DNA of 64,000 nt from Nitrospirota bacterium (GTDB lineage: Bacteria; Nitrospirota; Thermodesulfovibrionia; Thermodesulfovibrionales; SM23-35), in NCBI GenBank assembly GCA_049323875.1, contig JBMOLW010000001.1:160073-224072 (forward strand), read 5' to 3'. Position numbers and translations under genes: made by a program. The notes beneath the pieces were generated by a model. That model had not been told where the DNA came from, did not search any database, and saw only the letters and a list, made by a program, of their open reading frames with translations. Numbering within the stretch: position 1 is the first letter of the stretch; every line of letters begins with the position of its first letter. Positions 1-8,104 of the stretch are shown piece after piece.

Positions 1-1253
1 CCATCGGCGTAACAAGCATCCTTATCGGGGTGATGCAGGCGCTCTTTATGATCCGGCCTGCAAAGGTCGCGTTCAAAGACTTCATGGACCCCTCCGTCTG
101 GTTCATCTTCGGGTCCATTGTCATCGGAATGGTTTTTACCAAGACAGGCCTCACAAAACGCCTTGCCTATAAAATGCTTACGATTGTCGGCGAAAAAACG
201 AGCATGATTTATCTCGGCTGTTTTGTGGTGACTGCGGCACTCACCCATATCATGGCGCATACAGCCGTTGCCGCAACGATGTATCCTCTCCTCCTCGCCA
301 TCTATTCTTTATACGGAGAAGGAGACAAGGTCACAAAATTCGGCAAAGGCCTTTTCATCGGCATGGCCTTTGTTGCCGGCGCAGGGAGCATCGTTACCCT
401 GCTCGGCGCAGCCCGTGGCGCGGTTGCAATAGGGTTCTATAACGACATCATGGGGAAGAATGTCACCTTTTTCGAGCTTACCAAATACATGTTCCTGCCC
501 GGCTGGATCATGACCTTTCTCCTCTGGGGATTTATGATGATATGGTTCAAGCCGGAAAAAAAGAATATTCCGGGACTGAGACAAAAAGCCCGGCAGCTCT
601 ATAAAGAAATGGGGAATTTCTCCGGCAAAGAAATATTTGTGGGGTTCGCTGTGCTCGGGATCATCCTGTTCCTGTCTCTTCAGTCCTTTATTCCCGCATT
701 GAAAGCTTTTGACAAGTCGGCGGTTGTTCTCGTCTCAACCGTGCTCTTTTTTACCACAAAAATCCTGACGATCAAGGACCTTGAAGAGATACCCTGGAAT
801 ATCATCCTGCTTTTCGGAGGCGCCATGAGCATAGGGTTCTGTCTCTGGGAAACCGGGGCAGCCAAGTGGCTTGCCATCAACTGGCTGGTCATGTTCCAGA
901 AATCGAACTGGTTCATCTTTGTCCTTGCGATAGCGTTCTTCGTGATGGTCATGACCAACTTCATCATGAACGTCGCGGCAATCGCTATCTCGCTTCCTGT
1001 CGCACTCGTTATCGCCCCGTACCTCGGGGTTTCGGGTGAAGTGATCTTGTTTGCGTCGCTGGTGACCGCAGGCATGCCCTTCCTCCTGCTGGTGGGCGCA
1101 GCGCCGAATGCTATCGCCTACGAGTCGAGACAGTTCACCACAGGGCAGTTCTTTGTTGCAGGCATTCCTGCAAGTATAGTCCTCATGGCTATCGTGGGAT
1201 TATGCGCAGCCATAATATGGCCGATGCTCGGCATGCCGGTAACATTGCAATAA
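1..1253 (+). CDS. SLC13/DASS family anion permease, 5'-truncated by the window edge
   Basis: Hydrophobic multi-TM ORF with motifs AHTAVAA, LLGAARGAVA and LVGAAPNAIAY. The frame is open from base 3 (IGVTSILIGVMQALF) and aligns with the interior of the paralog at 60480-61997, so the true start lies upstream of the window. Confidence 0.85.
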   Translation, partial: IGVTSILIGVMQALFMIRPAKVAFKDFMDPSVWFIFGSIVIGMVFTKTGLTKRLAYKMLTIVGEKTSMIYLGCFVVTAALTHIMAHTAVAATMYPLLLAIYSLYGEGDKVTKFGKGLFIGMAFVAGAGSIVTLLGAARGAVAIGFYNDIMGKNVTFFELTKYMFLPGWIMTFLLWGFMMIWFKPEKKNIPGLRQKARQLYKEMGNFSGKEIFVGFAVLGIILFLSLQSFIPALKAFDKSAVVLVSTVLFFTTKILTIKDLEEIPWNIILLFGGAMSIGFCLWETGAAKWLAINWLVMFQKSNWFIFVLAIAFFVMVMTNFIMNVAAIAISLPVALVIAPYLGVSGEVILFASLVTAGMPFLLLVGAAPNAIAYESRQFTTGQFFVAGIPASIVLMAIVGLCAAIIWPMLGMPVTLQ

Positions 1254-1256
1254 AAA

Positions 1257-1297
1257 CAGGCACCTGGAAGAGTGAATTTTTCCTGTTCCGGTGCCTG
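1257..1297 (+). other. Intergenic stem-loop
   Basis: CAGGCACC(T)GGAA at 1257-1269 pairs with TTCCGGTGCCTG at 1286-1297. There is no clear U-tract, so it is more likely a stability or processing hairpin than a terminator. Confidence 0.45.
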
Positions 1298-1322
1298 ATA
1301 TCTTAATTTATAAGGAGGATGT

Positions 1323-2039
1323 ATGTCATCTGAAACCATGCTGCAGAAATATTTCCCCGCAGTACATCCGGAAGCAGGCTATGTTGAAAAAACGTACAAG
1401 ATTCTGAACAGGGCAGGTTTTCATGCAGACAATACCATCGCTGCCGTTGACGTCTGCAGGGACGAGATATCCCAGCCGCTGGTCGCCCTGATCAGGGAGA
1501 AATGGGGTGAGGCATTCAATCTCTGCAGCCTTGCAGCCATGTTTTTCGCGGGCAAGACAGCCCTCAAGGCGGCAATGCACCATGCACCGGTCGTAGGGGG
1601 CAAGGAGCGGTATGTGTTTTACGCCATTCCCCATATCGCAATCGGTGCAAGGGGGCAGATGGGCTTGTGCACAAGGACCGGCAGGAAAGAGGCCTCCAAT
1701 GCATGCGGGGCGCTGAACGTTTTTCTCGGCGAACTCAGAGGAGGCAAAACAAACCTTGCCATGGACAGTGAAGACGTCGAACTGAGTCTCGTCAGAACAA
1801 GGCTGCTCAGAGAGATACCATACGGAAAAATTCCTGATCTTCTTGAACTGACCCACATTACCCTGAAGACAATAAGGGAAGACCTTGAGAACGCCCTGCA
1901 GAAGACTGTCGATGCCAGGCACAGTGACTATGCGCTCTTTACCGGCATACAAATACATGCACCCGACGGAAACTATGTGTCTCCGGCAGACAGCTATGTG
2001 GTCTTAAATTCCAAGAAACGGTCGCTCAGAATTCGATAA
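1323..2039 (+). CDS. LCIB/LCIC-family (theta-type) carbonic anhydrase-like protein
   Basis: Family motifs NTIAAVDVCRDE, WGEAFNLxSLA, GKTxxxAAMxHAP, ERYVFYAxPHIAI, SNACGAL and TGIQIH. The Cys/His/Cys zinc ligands are present. RBS AAGGAGG upstream. Confidence 0.8.
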   Translation: MSSETMLQKYFPAVHPEAGYVEKTYKILNRAGFHADNTIAAVDVCRDEISQPLVALIREKWGEAFNLCSLAAMFFAGKTALKAAMHHAPVVGGKERYVFYAIPHIAIGARGQMGLCTRTGRKEASNACGALNVFLGELRGGKTNLAMDSEDVELSLVRTRLLREIPYGKIPDLLELTHITLKTIREDLENALQKTVDARHSDYALFTGIQIHAPDGNYVSPADSYVVLNSKKRSLRIR

Positions 2040-2319
2040 CAGACTGAGATACAAAGGGTAAGCAATAGCATACAGAGATTTTGGAATGAATATGCCAGAT
2101 AAAGTATTTTTGGTCATTCTCGGGCAATCACCCTCCGAGGTATCTCCCGAAAGCTTTCGTGAGATAAAGCTGCTCAAATACTGTATCCGCAAAATTGCAT
2201 GCTCAGTTAATCAACAATACAGGTCAAGCGTTGAAGAAGGCAAACGGTTTCGGAGAGGGATAGTTTACACTCTTCACTCTCTGCTTTGAACTTTACACTT
2301 CATGCTTAAGGGAGGGATT

Positions 2320-4071
2320 ATGAAAAAACAGTTTCTCAAGCATTTCTCTCTGGGGATTCTGGCCTTATTGTTTATGCTCCCGGCAAACTGCTTCTGTGCA
2401 TCTTCCGGTGAAGTTCGGGAAATGGACAAGGTATTCGTCTCCGGAGAAATCCTGGATTCTCACCGGGAACCCGTCAAGCAGGCTGAAGTCAGGGTTCTCA
2501 TCAACGGACAGCCTCATAAAATGATCGTAGAGCATAAGGAGGTTGAAAATACAGAGACTTCCTCTCACGGCACCTATCAGCTGGAATTCGATCTGCCCGC
2601 GGGTATGATCGACACTGCCGCGATTCAGCTGAAACTGACAAAGACAAGCTACCGGACAACTTATATTGACTTTGCGAAGGAGGACTTTGCACAGAAAGGC
2701 CGGAGTTTCTATGCGGTCAGGGATACCGAGATGCCAAGGGCCATCGGCCCTGCTTTCTGGATTGCGACGGTGGTCTTCCTTATCGCGTATGCCCTGATCT
2801 CGTTTGAACTCCTCCACAGGACGATTGCAGCCATGCTCGGGGCGGCTATCATGCTCCTCATCACGTATACCTTCGGCACTCTCAACCATGAATACCATAT
2901 CATCTCTTTCGAACGGGCGATGCATGCAATCGATATGAATGTCATCTTTCTCCTCATGGGAATGATGATCATTGTCGGCGTCCTGAAGCATACGGGCGTC
3001 TTCCAGTGGTGTGCCTATATGTCTTTCAAGCTCGCGCGGGGCAATGTTATGGCCCTTGCGGTTATCTCCATGATCTTTATCTCGGTTACCTCTGCCATGC
3101 TTGACAACGTGACCACGATGCTGCTCTATACTCCGGTTCTGATAGAAATTGCGCTGGCTCTGAAACTTTCGCCTCTCGCTCTCCTTATCCCGGGCATTAT
3201 GGCATCGAATGTGGGAGGCACCGCAACATTGATCGGCGACCCCCCGAATATCATGATCGGTTCATACACCGGCCTCTCGTTCATGGCATTCGTCGCGAAC
3301 CTTACCATCACCGTAATTATATCGATGGCGGCGCTTTTCATCTATAACCGGTTCTTTTACGGAAAGACATACTCCAATGCAAAAGTCGAGGATATCGACG
3401 GGTTTATCGCCTTTTTGAAGGAAGAATACAAGATTACGGACAAGACCCTGCTGGGTTATGGCCTTTTTGTCATGGCACTGGTCGTATCTTTCTTTGTTAC
3501 CCACGGGTACTGGCATATGGAAGTGAGCATCCCCGCGCTCTTCGGAGCAGGGCTCCTCTTCACCTATGGAATCCTCAGCAAGAAGGTCAAGATGCTGGAA
3601 CTCATCGAGAAAGACATTGAGTGGACAACCCTCCTCTTCTTTATCTTCCTCTTCATGATCGTGGGCGCGGTGGAAGAGGCGGGTCTCCTTGCTGTTATTG
3701 CCGACTGGGTGCTGAACGTATCCCAGGGTGATCTGGTTACCGCGATCTGTCTGATCCTTTGGGTAGCAGCCATCATGAGCGCGTTTGTCGACAACATCCC
3801 GTTCACCGCAACCATGCTCCCCATTACCGCCTATCTCACCAAAGTAATCCCCGGAGCGGCAGAGACAAATGTACTCTGGTGGGCGCTTGCTCTCGGGGCA
3901 TGTTTCGGCGGGAACGGCACCATGATCGGAGCAAGCGCAAATGTTGTGACCGTGGGGATCGCAGAGGCTGCAGGGCACAAGATCAGCTTTTTCGGCTTCA
4001 TGAAATATGCATTCCTGTATATGATAATAAGCGTAGCCATCGCAAATGTATGGCTGCTTATCGCCTATTAA
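2320..4071 (+). CDS. ArsB/NhaD (P-protein-like) ion transporter with N-terminal signal peptide and extracytoplasmic domain
   Basis: Motifs SAMLDNVTT, SNVGGTATLIGDPPNIMIG, SAFVDNIPF and GGNGTMIGASANVV. Start moved to ATG 2320, which follows GGAGGG. Confidence 0.85.
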   Translation: MKKQFLKHFSLGILALLFMLPANCFCASSGEVREMDKVFVSGEILDSHREPVKQAEVRVLINGQPHKMIVEHKEVENTETSSHGTYQLEFDLPAGMIDTAAIQLKLTKTSYRTTYIDFAKEDFAQKGRSFYAVRDTEMPRAIGPAFWIATVVFLIAYALISFELLHRTIAAMLGAAIMLLITYTFGTLNHEYHIISFERAMHAIDMNVIFLLMGMMIIVGVLKHTGVFQWCAYMSFKLARGNVMALAVISMIFISVTSAMLDNVTTMLLYTPVLIEIALALKLSPLALLIPGIMASNVGGTATLIGDPPNIMIGSYTGLSFMAFVANLTITVIISMAALFIYNRFFYGKTYSNAKVEDIDGFIAFLKEEYKITDKTLLGYGLFVMALVVSFFVTHGYWHMEVSIPALFGAGLLFTYGILSKKVKMLELIEKDIEWTTLLFFIFLFMIVGAVEEAGLLAVIADWVLNVSQGDLVTAICLILWVAAIMSAFVDNIPFTATMLPITAYLTKVIPGAAETNVLWWALALGACFGGNGTMIGASANVVTVGIAEAAGHKISFFGFMKYAFLYMIISVAIANVWLLIAY

Positions 4072-4089
4072 CGGAAAAGGAGAGATACC

Positions 4090-5046
4090 ATGCAAATGGC
4101 ATGTCCCATACCAAAAATACTGCTTCCGATAGACGGGAGCGATGAGGCAAAGAGAGCGGTTCAGTTTGCGGGATGTCTGGGATCGTTTCTCGGGAAGAGT
4201 CTCTCGATGGTCACCCTGCACCGGGTGCTCACCGGAGGATACATAAGCAACCATCTCGCAAACGTGGACTTTCGGGCAGCGGAGATTCTGAAGAGTTCGG
4301 AGGTCTTCAAACGCATCAGGGAAGAGCATATCGCCCGGGACATCATGCCCATCCTGAATGAGGCTGAAAAGATCCTGATGGATCTCGGAATCGCTTCCCC
4401 GGTCGAGAAACTGGTCACTGAAGGGGACGCAGCGAACGAGATCATCCGGGTTGCCGGGGAGGGCGCCTTCTCCACCATCATGATGGCACGGCGGGGACTT
4501 GCTGCCGGCGGCGGCACCCCTCTGGGGAGCGTCACCAACAAAGTCATCCATGCCGCAAGCAGGCATACAGTATACATCGTCGGACACAGGCCGCTAGAGG
4601 GCAAGGCCTGTCCTATTCCAAGAATCCTGATCCCTGTTGACGGTTCCCAATACTCCATGAAGGGTGTGGAACACGCCGTTTGTCTCGCAGCGAATCTCAG
4701 GGGAGCCCTTGGCAGCATAACCCTCCTCAGGGTCATTAACGTCGCCCTGTATATGGAGAGATTGAAGAAAGGCATTGACCCGGAAGAGGAGGCCCGGAAA
4801 ATTCTTGACGAGGCCGGCAGGCTTTTCCTCAACGCCGGTATCGGGGAGGCCCTTATAGCAACAAAAATAAAGATGGGCAACCCGATTGAGGAGATCATCA
4901 AAGACGTTGAGGCCGAAGATTATAACTTCATTATTATGGGCCGCAAGGGAAGAACTTCCCTGAAAGAGCTGATCCTCGGCGGAGTGAGTGCGACCATACT
5001 GCAGCGCTGCGGCAATCCGACTATTGCCCTCGTAAGCAGCGACTGA
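4090..5046 (+). CDS. Tandem-domain universal stress protein
   Basis: Two Usp repeats: KILLPIDGS...IMMARRG...LGSVTNKV and RILIPVDGS...IIMGRKGRT...LGGVSATI. Confidence 0.9.
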   Translation: MQMACPIPKILLPIDGSDEAKRAVQFAGCLGSFLGKSLSMVTLHRVLTGGYISNHLANVDFRAAEILKSSEVFKRIREEHIARDIMPILNEAEKILMDLGIASPVEKLVTEGDAANEIIRVAGEGAFSTIMMARRGLAAGGGTPLGSVTNKVIHAASRHTVYIVGHRPLEGKACPIPRILIPVDGSQYSMKGVEHAVCLAANLRGALGSITLLRVINVALYMERLKKGIDPEEEARKILDEAGRLFLNAGIGEALIATKIKMGNPIEEIIKDVEAEDYNFIIMGRKGRTSLKELILGGVSATILQRCGNPTIALVSSD

Positions 5047-5872
5047 TCTGGCTTCTCAGGAGGGACAGGACGGCGTTATTCCATCCTGCCGGCCCTGTTC
5101 CTTCTGTTTGTATGAGATTGGAGAGACGAATACCGCCGGCATATTCCCCTGAAGGTTTCCGGATAAGAACCGGGCAATCCACCTGTTCCAGCATCGGGAT
5201 ATCATTCGGACTGTCGCCAAGTCCAATGGTAACTATTGAACCAAACGCCTTCCGATACAGGTCGTTGAGTATCGATACTGCCCTGCCCTTATCGCTGTCC
5301 CCGAGGATATGGTAGAAGGCACCCCGGGTGTACCGGAACCCTTTTGCCAGAATTGCGGCAAGGAGGCGCGGGATATCAGGCTCTGCCCCTTCAAACACAA
5401 AAGGCTCATCAAATGAGCGCTTCTTTGCCATTTCAGCCTCAGGGAGACTGAGTCCGGTCAGTCCTGCAACCTCTCCTGCGCTCATATCTCCAAAACCCCT
5501 GATGGGAAAACCTTCAGTGCGGAGTGCCGAGACTGCTTTCCTTATTTCACTGTATACCGCGCCAAGGACTATTACCTCGTAGTCATCTTCACCCTGAACG
5601 GCGTGGCCGGGAACTGCAAGGGGGAAATCAAAATATCCTTTCGGGACAAAAATGCCCCCTCCGTTCTCAGCGATGAAAGGATGTCTGTTCCCGGTCTGTT
5701 CCCGGTAGAACTCTATTTCAGTCCTCGTCTTGCTGGAAGAGAAAATAAGCGGGATATTCAGGTTACGGATGGCGTGAAGAGCAGGCAATGCGGGATCAAA
5801 GCTATAGGTCGTTGCGTCCAGGAGCGTCCCGTCAAGGTCAGAGAAAATTACCCGTTGTTTCATGCTCTTCAT
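5021..5872 (-). CDS. mpgP: Mannosyl/glucosyl-3-phosphoglycerate phosphatase (HAD IIB, MpgP/YedP family)
   Basis: Motifs FSDLDGTLL, SSKTRTEI, PFIAENGG and LGDSPNDIPML. Located near a gpgS-like gene. Confidence 0.85.
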   Translation of the reverse strand: MKSMKQRVIFSDLDGTLLDATTYSFDPALPALHAIRNLNIPLIFSSSKTRTEIEFYREQTGNRHPFIAENGGGIFVPKGYFDFPLAVPGHAVQGEDDYEVIVLGAVYSEIRKAVSALRTEGFPIRGFGDMSAGEVAGLTGLSLPEAEMAKKRSFDEPFVFEGAEPDIPRLLAAILAKGFRYTRGAFYHILGDSDKGRAVSILNDLYRKAFGSIVTIGLGDSPNDIPMLEQVDCPVLIRKPSGEYAGGIRLSNLIQTEGTGPAGWNNAVLSLLRSQISRCLRGQ

Positions 5873-7179
5873 TCTATCACAGTGATCTGCAGATCCATGA
5901 CATTTGTCCCTGTCGGCCCTGTAACCAAGAGGTCGCCGGTCTCCCTGAGAAATGCATAGGAATTATTGTCTTCCAGATACCTGAGGACATCGAGTCCGAG
6001 CGCTTCGGCCCTCTTCAGGGTAGAACCGTCCACGATCGCCCCGGCTGCGTCTGTGGGTCCGTCGGTTCCGTCTGTGCCCGCAGAGAGGAGGGTGATCCCG
6101 GGGATGTCCCTGATCTCCCGGGCAAAAGCAAGCGCGAGTTCCATGTTCCTCCCCCCGGTGCCCTTTCCTCTTACCGTAACGGTTGTCTCACCGCCTGAGA
6201 GCAGGCAGAGCGGCTGTTGAGAGGGGTATTCTGCCCGGATTTCCCGCGCCTTCTCGGCAATCCATCTGCCTGCCTCCCGTGCTTCCCCTGTTATTGCAGA
6301 AGAAAGAAGGACTGTATGCAAACCTGCTCTCTCAGCGTAATTTTTCGCTGCTTCAAGAGCGGTCCGGTTCCCCCCGATAATCAGATTCTCCCCGTTTTGA
6401 AATATTCTGTCACCTTCCTTGGGCGTTTCAGGGAGAAGTCCCTGCCTTCCCAGTTCAAAGACAGAGGCAACCCTGTCCGGCACGCTATCCTGCACACCGT
6501 ATTTCTCAATCACTCCTGCTGCATCATGATAGGTTGTCGGATCAGGAGCCGTAGGCCCTGACGCTATCACGTCGAGCCTGTCGCCTATGACATCAGAGAG
6601 GATCAGGGAAAGAAAACGGGACGGATAGGCAATTGCCGCAAGCCTGCCTCCCTTCACCCGGGAGAGGTGTTTTCTCACAGCGTTCATCTCATAGATATCG
6701 GCTCCGGATCTGAGCAGGAGGTTCGTGGTCATCTGTTTGTCCTGCAGGGTTATCCCTTCACAGGGAGAGACGAGCAGCGCCGATCCTCCTCCGGACAGGA
6801 GGCATACCGCAAGGGTATGTTCGTCGGCATCTCCGAGAATCCTGACGATCTCTCCTGTTGCCCTCACACCGTTTTCATCAGGCAGAGGATGTCCCCCTTC
6901 AAAGACCTTCCCTTGCCTCAGTGCATAGCCGTCGGAATGACCGTATTTTGTAATAACCAGGCTTGTGGCTACAAGATCACCGCATATTTCCTCAACCGCT
7001 TTTGCCATAGGGCATGCCGCTTTTCCGAATGCGAGAGAGATGAGTCTCGTACACCGGCCGGACCTATAAGAACCGATAATGGCATCCCTGTATCGCACTA
7101 CTGAAACATAGGGATCGACTGCGGTCAATGCTGCGCGATAAAGCTCAAGCAGTTGCTGCCTGGTTTTATTGGATTCCAT
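5869..7179 (-). CDS. Glycerate kinase type 2 (TtuD/MOFRL family)
   Basis: Motifs GKAACPMA, GGHPLPD, LLSGGGSAL, VRKHLSRVKGG, GGETTV, GGRNMELAL and TGPTGTNVMD. Start set at the ATG following GGAGG (MESNK). Confidence 0.9.
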   Translation of the reverse strand: MESNKTRQQLLELYRAALTAVDPYVSVVRYRDAIIGSYRSGRCTRLISLAFGKAACPMAKAVEEICGDLVATSLVITKYGHSDGYALRQGKVFEGGHPLPDENGVRATGEIVRILGDADEHTLAVCLLSGGGSALLVSPCEGITLQDKQMTTNLLLRSGADIYEMNAVRKHLSRVKGGRLAAIAYPSRFLSLILSDVIGDRLDVIASGPTAPDPTTYHDAAGVIEKYGVQDSVPDRVASVFELGRQGLLPETPKEGDRIFQNGENLIIGGNRTALEAAKNYAERAGLHTVLLSSAITGEAREAGRWIAEKAREIRAEYPSQQPLCLLSGGETTVTVRGKGTGGRNMELALAFAREIRDIPGITLLSAGTDGTDGPTDAAGAIVDGSTLKRAEALGLDVLRYLEDNNSYAFLRETGDLLVTGPTGTNVMDLQITVIE

Positions 7180-7324
7180 CGCACTATCCTCCTTCCGGCC
7201 CGGATATACGCCCCGGGGAAAACCCATGCAGGCGTGGCAGAACAGGCAAAACCCTCTGCTTTCCCTTTTTGCGGATATGCCGTATAATCAACCAGGGATG
7301 ACCAGCATAGTATACAAAATTCTC

Positions 7325-7388
7325 TTGACAAAAGTAACTACTCAATTATTATAATTATGACTACAATTTTTACCTGAAATGGTTACAT
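7325..7388 (+). promoter_or_regulatory. Sigma70-type promoter of the TA operon with candidate operator repeats
   Basis: TTGACA at 7325-7330, then TATTAT at 7347-7352 (16 nt spacer) or TATAAT at 7350-7355 (19 nt spacer). Related octamers GTAACTAC (7334), ATGACTAC (7357) and inverted GGTTACAT (7381). Confidence 0.65.
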
Positions 7389-7392
7389 CATC

Positions 7393-7653
7393 ATGATTAC
7401 GGTCGGGATTAAGGAATTAAAGGCAAAACTCAGCAGCTATATAGACAAGGTATGCCGCGGAGACCGCGTGGTCATCACCGAACATGGCAGGGAAGTGGCG
7501 GTGATCACCCCGATTTCGAAGGAAAGGAAAGTTATCAACGCGCTTATCGATTCAGGAAGGGCGCAGTGGTCGGGGGGGAAGCCGCACGGGCTGGAAGGCA
7601 TAAAGATAGAGGGCAAACTCCTCTCAGAAACCATTCTGGAGGAACGCGTATGA
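7393..7653 (+). CDS. Phd/YefM (prevent-host-death) family antitoxin
   Basis: N-terminus MITVGIKELKAKLSSYIDKVCRGDRVVITEHGREVAVITP is typical of the family. ATGA overlap with the downstream PIN gene. Confidence 0.9.
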   Translation: MITVGIKELKAKLSSYIDKVCRGDRVVITEHGREVAVITPISKERKVINALIDSGRAQWSGGKPHGLEGIKIEGKLLSETILEERV

Positions 7654-8075
7654 TCCTGTATCTCGGCTCCAGCAGTCTCGTGAAGCTCTATGTCGAAGAG
7701 CCGTATACCCATCTTGTGAGGATGTGGATCCGTGAAGCCGAGATCGTCGCAACATGCCGCATCACCTATACAGAGGTCATTTCTGCGCTTGAAATGCGCC
7801 TGAAACAGACCGACCTGTCCAGAAAGGATTACGATCTCGTCGTGAAACGGTTTTCGAGAGACTGGAGTGATTATGCAACGGTCGATTTCGACGACCGCGA
7901 AGCAGCCCTGTTCCTGAAAAAATATACCCTGAAACGGTTTGATGCTCTCCATCTCTCTGCGGCAAAACTCATACAGAAGAGAAGAAACGGTTTTTTCTTT
8001 GCATTCTCATCGGCTGATGAGAGGCTCTGCAGTGCTGCAGAGTCAGAAGGACTGAACGTACTCCGTTTCCAGTAA
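7650..8075 (+). CDS. vapC: VapC/PIN-domain toxin with the first catalytic Asp replaced by Gly
   Basis: MILYLGSSSLVKLYVEE, where the family consensus is YLDTSALVKLY. TYTEV, RFDALHL and SADERL are retained. True start 7650 is coupled to the antitoxin stop. Confidence 0.85.
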   Translation: MILYLGSSSLVKLYVEEPYTHLVRMWIREAEIVATCRITYTEVISALEMRLKQTDLSRKDYDLVVKRFSRDWSDYATVDFDDREAALFLKKYTLKRFDALHLSAAKLIQKRRNGFFFAFSSADERLCSAAESEGLNVLRFQ

Positions 8076-8104
8076 AAAAAAGGATTCGCTTCAAGGAGGC
8101 ATGT

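Noticed and set aside
2086-2289. 67-aa plus-strand ORF between the CA-like gene and the ArsB/NhaD gene
   Set aside because: Weak RBS, no motif, and no counterpart in the paralogous module.
3262-4587. Long antisense ORFs (441 aa here; others at 16264-17232, 8513-9379, 18664-19446)
   Set aside because: They lie opposite well-supported genes and have no recognisable motifs, so they are shadow ORFs.
7452-7649. N-terminal extensions in the ORF track (207-aa PIN ORF; also 16126-16431, 27499-27600, 59654-59833)
   Set aside because: Most overlap upstream genes (59654-59833 runs into the intergenic promoter region instead). Downstream ATGs with an RBS or stop/start coupling match the family N-termini.
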